Assembly (NCBI GenBank): GCA_032718475.1
Contig: JAUCBJ010006112.1
Span: forward strand, 1-61,511
Direction of reading: 5' to 3'
Origin: Nemertoderma westbladi
Lineage: Eukaryota; Animalia; Xenacoelomorpha
Length of the DNA: 61,511 bases
Position 1 is the first letter of the stretch. Every line of letters starts with the position of its first letter. The position numbers and the translations under genes were made by a program. Under the pieces are notes generated by a model. The model was not told the origin of the DNA and made no database searches. It worked only from the letters and a program-made list of their open reading frames with translations. Positions 54,172-61,511 of the stretch are shown one piece after another.

Positions 54172-55928
54172 GGCCTACACGTTACATAACAGTTTCATTT
54201 GTAACAGGTACGTAACAACTTATTGTTGGCCTACACGTTACATAACAGTTTCATTTGTAACAGGTAAGTAACAACTTATTGTTGGCCTACACGTTACATA
54301 ACAGTTTCATTTGTAACAGGTACGTAACAACTTATTGTTGGCCTACACGTTACATAACAGTTTCATTTGTAACAGGTAAGTAACAACTTATTGTGGGCCT
54401 ACACGTTACATAACAGTCTCATTTGTAACAGGTAAGTAACAACTTATTGTTGGCCTACACGTTACATAACAGTTTCATTTGTAACAGGTAAGTAACAACT
54501 TATTGTGGGCCTACACGTTACATAACAGTTTCATTTGTAACAGGTAAGTAACAACTTATTGTGGGCCTACACGTTACATAACAGTTTCATTTGTAACAGG
54601 TAAGTAACAACTTATTGTTGGCCTACACGTTACATAACAGTTTCATTTGTAACAGGTACGTAACAACTTATTGTTGGCCTACACGTTACATAACAGTCTC
54701 ATTTGTAACAGGTAAGTAACAACTTATTGTTGGCCTACACGTTACATAACAGTTTCATTTGTAACAGGTAAGTAACAACTTATTGTGGGCCTACACGTTA
54801 CATAACAGTTTCATTTGTAACAGGTAAGTAACAACTTATTGTGGGCCTACACGTTACATAACAGTTTCATTTGTAACAGGTAAGTAACAACTTATTGTTG
54901 GCCTACACGTTACATAACAGTTTCATTTGTAACAGGTACGTAACAACTTATTGTTGGCCTACACGTTACATAACAGTTTCATTTGTAACAGGTACGTAAC
55001 AACTTATTGTTGGCCTACACGTTACATAACAGTTTCATTTGTAACAGGTACGTAACAACTTATTGTTTGCCAACACGTTACATAACAGTTTCATTTGTAA
55101 CAGGTAAGTAACAACTTATTGTTGGCCTACACGTTACATAACAGTTTCATTTGTAACAGGTACGTAACAACTTATTGTTTGCCAACACGTTACATAACAG
55201 TTTCATTTGTAACAGGTAAGTAACAACTTATTGTTGGCCTACACGTTACATAACAGTTTCATTTGTAACAGGTACGTAACAACTTATTGTGGGCCTACAC
55301 GTTACATAACAGTTTCATTTGTAACAGGTAAGTAACAACTTATTGTTGGCCTACACGTTACATAACAGTTTCATTTGTAACAGGTACGTAACAACTTATT
55401 GTTGGCCTACACGTTACATAACAGTTTCATTTGTAACAGGTACGTAACAACTTATTGTTGGCCTACACGTTACATAACAGTTTCATTTGTAACAGGTACG
55501 TAACAACTTATTGTTTGCCAACACGTTACATAACAGTTTCATTTGTAACAGGTAAGTAACAACTTATTGTTGGCCTACACGTTACATAACAGTTTCATTT
55601 GTAACAGGTACGTAACAACTTATTGTTTGCCAACACGTTACATAACAGTTTCATTTGTAACAGGTAAGTAACAACTTATTGTTGGCCTACACGTTACATA
55701 ACAGTTTCATTTGTAACAGGTACGTAACAACTTATTGTGGGCCTACACGTTACATAACAGTTTCATTTGTAACAGGTAAGTAACAACTTATTGTTGGCCT
55801 ACACGTTACATAACAGTTTCATTTGTAACAGGTACGTAACAACTTATTGTGGGCCTACACGTTACATAACAGTTTCATTTGTAACAGGTAAGTAACAACT
55901 TATTGTGGGCCTACACGTTACATAACAG
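54172..55928. repeat. 56-bp minisatellite, ~31 copies
   Basis: Unit gttggcctacacgttacataacagtttcatttgtaacaggta(a/c)gtaacaacttatt. Confidence 0.97.
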
Positions 55929-57165
55929 TGTATGTTGCCCCCCTTGTCAGAATTTCAAATATGTGTTTTTTGATTTAATCTATAGAATAATTTAATGTGG
56001 ATATAAAATCTGAAAACCGCTTAGCGAAACCTCTTTTAGTTCTGAAGTTAACGCTGGTTTTCTGTATAACGGTCTGTCAGTCAAATTGTAAGACATACAG
56101 AGAGACTAGATTGCACCAAAATACTACCCCTTTAAAACGTTAGAGTCAAATATCAGAAGTTTTGACAAACAATTAATTATGTGACCAAAAATGTGGTGTG
56201 GTATGTCAATGATTAACTCTATTCTAGTCGGAATCTAAACTTTTAATAAATTATCTAACCTGGAAGGTAAAGCCTCACACCTTTCTTTCGCCCCGTATAT
56301 TCGTAACAGAGATATCCTAAAGTATCGAGAAAGTTGTATCTTTCTGTTTATTACTAGTAGTCAAGACGTTCTAGAACTAGAAGTAGTTCTCTAGAAGCGT
56401 TCCTTTCTAGTATTTATTAACATTAATAATGTTATTTATATTCCAGAACATTATGTATACTGTATATACTTTGGTATTATTGTCATCAGTATACTATACA
56501 CCATATCCATTGAATATTGTGTCTTATCAAATTAATTTAGTAGAGTGGCTAAGATTAGCGAACAAGATTACCAAAAGCTTTTTGGGGAACCGGTACATTT
56601 GGGGATAAAAATGGTTGATAAAACAAGAAAATCCTATGCCCCCAAAAAATGTGGCCAAATTAACACTTTCTCAATGTTTATTTCCTTAGCAACATGGATT
56701 TTACAAAGCAACAAGGTAACTATCGGTTAGATTTTTCCCAAATTCGGTAAAGACAATCTTTAGTCTAATCGTTATCAATTTATTGAACAATGTACTCCTG
56801 GAGTCATGGTTACCAATATACTTACCAGGGCAACGGAAATTTATCTACTATAATTTCATCAGTTTATTATAATTTGGCTGGTACAATATAGGAAGCTCAT
56901 TAAAATCGTTATTATAAATAAACTATTGTGGATTTTAAACTAAAACAAATAAGTAAGTTACACCAGAAATCATTACAACAATCCCAATTTGCTACTATGT
57001 CAACTTCCTCTAAATTTACAAAATTATACTTATACAGTGCAGTAGAGTTCGGTAGCTCTAGATCACAAATTATTTAATATTGATTATTATGAAATAATGT
57101 TTGTAAATTAATAGCCTCGTGCAGATGCTAAGGGAAAGCGCATCCCTACGTACATTGTTTATCAC

Positions 57166-60100
57166 AGAGATACAAAAGAACTTACTTTGAAGGAACTCTG
57201 TAGAGATACAACGGAACTTACTTTGAAGGAACTCTGTAGAGATACAACGGAACTTACTTTGATGGAACTCTGTAGAGATACAACGGAACTTACTTTGATG
57301 GAACTCTGTAGAGATACAACGGAACTTACTTTGATGGAACTCTGTAGAGATACAACGGAACTTACTTTGACGGAATTCTGTAGAGATACAACGGAACTTA
57401 CTTTGAAGGGACTCTGTAGAGATACAATGAAACTTACTTTGATGGAACTCTGTAGAGATACAACGGAACTTACTTTGAAGGGACTCTGTAGAGATACAAT
57501 GGAACTTACTTTGATGGAACTCTGTAGAGATACAACGGAACTTACTTTGAAGGGACTCTGTAGAGATACAACGGAACTTACTTTGATGGAACTCTGTAGA
57601 GATACAACGGAACTTACTTTGAAGGGACTCTGTAGAGATACAATGGAACTTACTTTGAAGGGACTCTGTAGAGATACAACGGAACTTACTTTGACGGGAC
57701 TCTGTAGAGATACAACGGAACTTACTTTGTAGGAACTCTGTAGAGATACAACGGAACCTACTTTGACGGGACTCTGTAGAGATACAACGGAACTTACTTT
57801 GGCGGGACTCTGTAGAGATACAACGGAACTTACTTTGATGGAACTCTGTAGAGATACAACGGAACTTACTTTGATGGAACTCTGTAGAGATACAACGGAA
57901 CTTACTTTGAAGGAACTCTGTAGAGATACAGCGGAACTTACTTTGGCGGGACTCTATAGAGAGAGATACAACGGAACTTACTTTGAAGGGACTCTGTAGA
58001 GATACAACGGAACTTACTTTGATGGAACTCTGTAGAGATACAACGGAACTTACTTTGATGGAACTCTGTAGAGATACAACGGAACTTACTTTGTAGGAAC
58101 TCTGTAGAGATACAACGGAACTTACTTTGTAGGAACTCTGTAGAGATACAACGGAACTTACTTTGATGGAACTCTGTAGAGATACAACGGAACTTACTTT
58201 GAAGGGACTCTGTAGAGATACAACGGAACTTACTTTGATGGAACTCTGTAGAGATACAACGGAACTTACTTTGAAGGGACTCTGTAGAGATACAATGGAA
58301 CTTACTTTGAAGGGACACTGTAGAGATACAACGGAACTTACTTTGACGGGACTCTGTAGAGATACAACGGAACTTACTTTGTAGGAACTCTGTAGAGATA
58401 CAACGGAACTTACTTTGATGGAACTCTGTAGAGATACAACGGAACTTACTTTGATGGAACTCTGTAGAGATACAACGGAACTTACTTTGAAGGAACTCTG
58501 TAGAGATACAGCGGAACTTACTTTGGCGGGACTCTATAGAGAGAGATACAACGGAACTTACTTTGAAGGGACTCTGTAGAGATACAACGGAACTTACTTT
58601 GATGGAACTCTGTAGAGATACAACGGAACTTACTTTGATGGAACTCTGTAGAGATACAACGGAACTTACTTTGACGGGACTCTGTAGAGATAGAACGGAA
58701 CTTACTTTGATGGAACTCTGTAGAGATACAACGGAATTTACTTTGATGGGACTCTGTAGAGATACAACATGACTTACTTTGAAGGAACTCTGTAGAGATA
58801 CAACGGAACTTACTTTGTAGGAACTCTGTAGAGATACAACGGAACTTACTTTGTAGGAACTCTGTAGAGATACAACGGAACTTACTTTGAAGGGACTCTG
58901 TAGAGAGATACAATGGAACTTACTTTGAAGGGACTCTTTAGAGATACAACGGAACTTACTTTGACGGAACTCTGTAGAGATACAACGGAACTTACTTTGT
59001 AGGAACTCTGTAGAGATACAACGGAACCTACTTTGACGGGACTCTGTAGAGATAGAACGGAACTTACTTCGACGGGACACTGTAGAGATACAACGGAACT
59101 TACTTTGTAGGAACTCTGTAGAGATACAACGGAACTTACTTTGACGGGACTCTGTAGAGATACAACGGAACTTACTTTGATGGAACTCTGTAGAGATACA
59201 ACGGAACTTACTTTGTAGGAACTCTGTAGAGATACAACGGAACTTACTTTGACGGGACATTGTAGAGATACAACGGAACTTACTTTGTAGGAACTCTGTT
59301 GAGATACAACGGAACTTACTTTGGAGGGACTCTGTAGAGATACAACGGAACTTACTTTGTAGGAACTCTTTAGAGATACAACGGAACTTACTTTGATGGA
59401 ACTCTGTAGAGATACAACGGAACTTACTTTGTAGGAACTCTGTAGAGATACAACGGAACCTACTTTGACGGAACTCTGTAGAGATACAACGGAACTTACT
59501 TTGAAGGGACTCTGTAGAGATACAACGGAACTTACTTTGTAGGGACTATGTAGAGATACAACGGAAGTTACTTTGTAGGAACTCTGTAGAGATACAACGG
59601 AACTTACTTTGACGGAACTCTATAGAGAGAGATACAACGGAACTTACTCTGAAGGGACTCTGTAGAGATACAACGGAACTTACTTTGATGGAACTCTGTA
59701 GAGATACAACGGAACTTACTTTGAAGGGACTCTGTAGAGATACAACGGAACTTACTTTGAAGGGACTCTGTAGAGATACAACGGAACTTACTTTGACGGA
59801 ACTCTATAGAGAGAGATACAACGGAACTTACTTTGAAGGGACTCTGTAGAGATACAACGGAACTTACTTTGAAGGGACTCTGTAGAGATACAACGGAACT
59901 TACTTTGACGGAACTCTATAGAGAGAGATACAACGGAACTTACTTTGATGGAACTCTGTAGAGATACAACGGAACTTACTTTGACGGGACTCTGTAGAGA
60001 TACAACGGAACTTACTTCGATGGAACTCTGTAGAGATACAACGGAACTTACTTTGACGGAACTCTATAGAGAGAGATACAACGGAACTTACTTTGAAGGG

Positions 60101-60452
60101 ACTCTGTAGAGATACAACGGAACTTACTTTGAAGGGACTCTGTAGAGATACAACGGAACTTACTTTGACGGAACTCTATAGAGAGAGATACAACGGAACT
60201 TACTTTGAAGGGACTCTGTAGAGATACAACGGAACTTACTTTGTAGGGACTATGTAGAGATACAACGGAACTTACTTTGTAGGAACTCTGTAGAGATACA
60301 ACGGAACTTACTTTGACGGAACTCTATAGAGAGAGATACAACGGAACTTACTTTGAAGGGACTCTGTAGAGATACAACGGAACTTACTTTGAAGGGACTC
60401 TGTAGAGATACAACGGAACTTACTTCGATGGAACTCTGTAGAGATACAACGG
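57166..60452 (-). repeat. 36-bp array (~90 copies), apparently copies of the upstream WDR7 exon end plus donor
   Basis: Minus unit TATCTCTACAGAGT(T/C)CC(T/A/G)TCAAA|GTAAGTTCCGTTG = Y-L-Y-R-V-P-S-AA|. Phase 2 joins the T starting exon 53026 to give YLYRVPSNCNPDSGSFR, comparable to WDR7 YIYKLPASCLPASDSFR. Confidence 0.9.
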
Positions 60453-61511
60453 ATGATGAATTATTTCACTATAAGGTAGCATTTGTAGTTTAACTTTAAC
60501 GTAAAAACTTTTGAAAATCCGACGTATTTTGATTAAATCACAGTAATGTAATATGCCGATTTATATTTGTACACATAAAACCCTTAGGTACTCTCGTGGC
60601 GTAGTGGTCAGATGGTTAAGGCGTTGGTTACATTACGTAGGTTACGAGTTCGAATCCCAGTCGGGAAATTTGTATTTTGGGGCCATTTATTTTCGTTTAG
60701 GTGCTAATTGGTAGGCCAATGAGAAGCGTACAACGTAGCGGATAATGAGCCAGGCCAATCATAGGGCATAAATTACCTTATTGCTCAAATGTGAGGCAGT
60801 GGAAAATTCTGTTAGGATTCCATGTCCCTGATTAGTGTAAGGGCCGGACTGCGTTGAACGATGAGCTGGGCCAATCATAGGGCACGACGTACTTCATTGC
60901 TCAATTGTGAAGCTGTGGAAAATTTTGTTTAGTTTCCATGTGCAATTTCTAGTATAAAAGGCCGGTTTGCCTTTGGTTATCACCTAATCGCTTCACTTCG
61001 TTATGATTTTGTATAACGTTACTCTATCCTTTTATTCTTGTAAAATTAGTTTATTCGGTTTCTTGTTGAAACTTACTTTGATAAATCCTTTGTTAAAACT
61101 GTAAATATACTGCAATTTCCTGACATGTTTTCTTTTGGTCCGACTTCGGGACAGCCGAACACCAGGGAGATGGCAGCCTAGACCGTTAGGCCGTAAGCAA
61201 CGCAGGGAAGGGATGTCCACAACACGCTAGCGCCCACATTGGATCGACCGCGCACCCCCTTTGCCCTTTCGAAATACTCCACTTGCTATGCAGCGCCCGC
61301 TTTGTGAGAAGGTAAGACTTTGTTCGACGCCCTTGCCCGCCGTAAGACCTATAGATCAGGGTAAGCGTAACACCGCACTGGACGCCGCAAATTTAGGATC
61401 AAATAATTATATCCAGACAACCCCACCCCTCTTGTCAGTCCTACGAACCCCTGGGTTAACCTGTACTTCCTACAGGTGCGAACTATTGCCATTCGTCAGT
61501 ACGCGAGTACA
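60453..61511 (+). mobile_element. Insertion terminating the 36-bp array; possibly the 5' LTR plus leader of an LTR retrotransposon
   Basis: Abrupt junction ...acaacgga|TG. Duplicated CCAAT-containing blocks, TATAAAAG at ~60953, ...TGACA at 61125, then T-run plus TGGTCCGAC (PBS-like) at 61136 and a GC-rich leader. No ORF confirms it. Confidence 0.35.
60590..60668 (+). mobile_element. tRNA-derived SINE-like head (not a tRNA gene)
   Basis: A-box TGGCGTAGTGG and B-box GAGTTCGAATCC are present, but no clean anticodon arm or acceptor stem. Confidence 0.6.

Noticed and set aside
57187-59260. ELCRDTTELTL / SKFRCISTE repeat proteins
   Set aside because: 36-bp repeat translations on both strands with scattered stops; no unique coding context.
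60590-60668. tRNA gene
   Set aside because: A and B boxes are present but a cloverleaf cannot be completed; better explained as SINE-derived.

Overview
Eukaryotic (animal, probably invertebrate) genomic DNA, not prokaryotic. The backbone is a large minus-strand WDR7 (rabconnectin-3 beta) gene: nine phase-consistent GT-AG exons can be read between 53026 and 33336, and a tenth phase-compatible exon at 1493-1346 probably belongs to it. If so, a ~31.8 kb intron hosts six intron-poor genes: MSL3-like (MRG domain only), STEEP1/CXorf56, a FAM173/ATPSCKMT-like methyltransferase, an RDH-like SDR lacking the catalytic YxxxK, DRC10/IQCD and a GAF-GAF PDE5/6/11-type phosphodiesterase. Some are packed operon-like, with acceptor-like AG sites just upstream of their ATGs. 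Roughly a quarter of the window is minisatellite. The most striking pattern is that at least seven arrays are amplified copies of the adjacent WDR7 exon-intron junction (exon end plus GT donor, or polypyrimidine-AG plus exon start). Whole introns are therefore built from tens of decoy or alternative splice sites, some of them in frame. The rest is RTE LINE fragments, piggyBac-, Harbinger- and MULE/hAT-like MITEs, Helentron/DINE-like elements and tRNA-derived SINE-like repeats. All protein identifications are from recalled motif similarity, not database searches.
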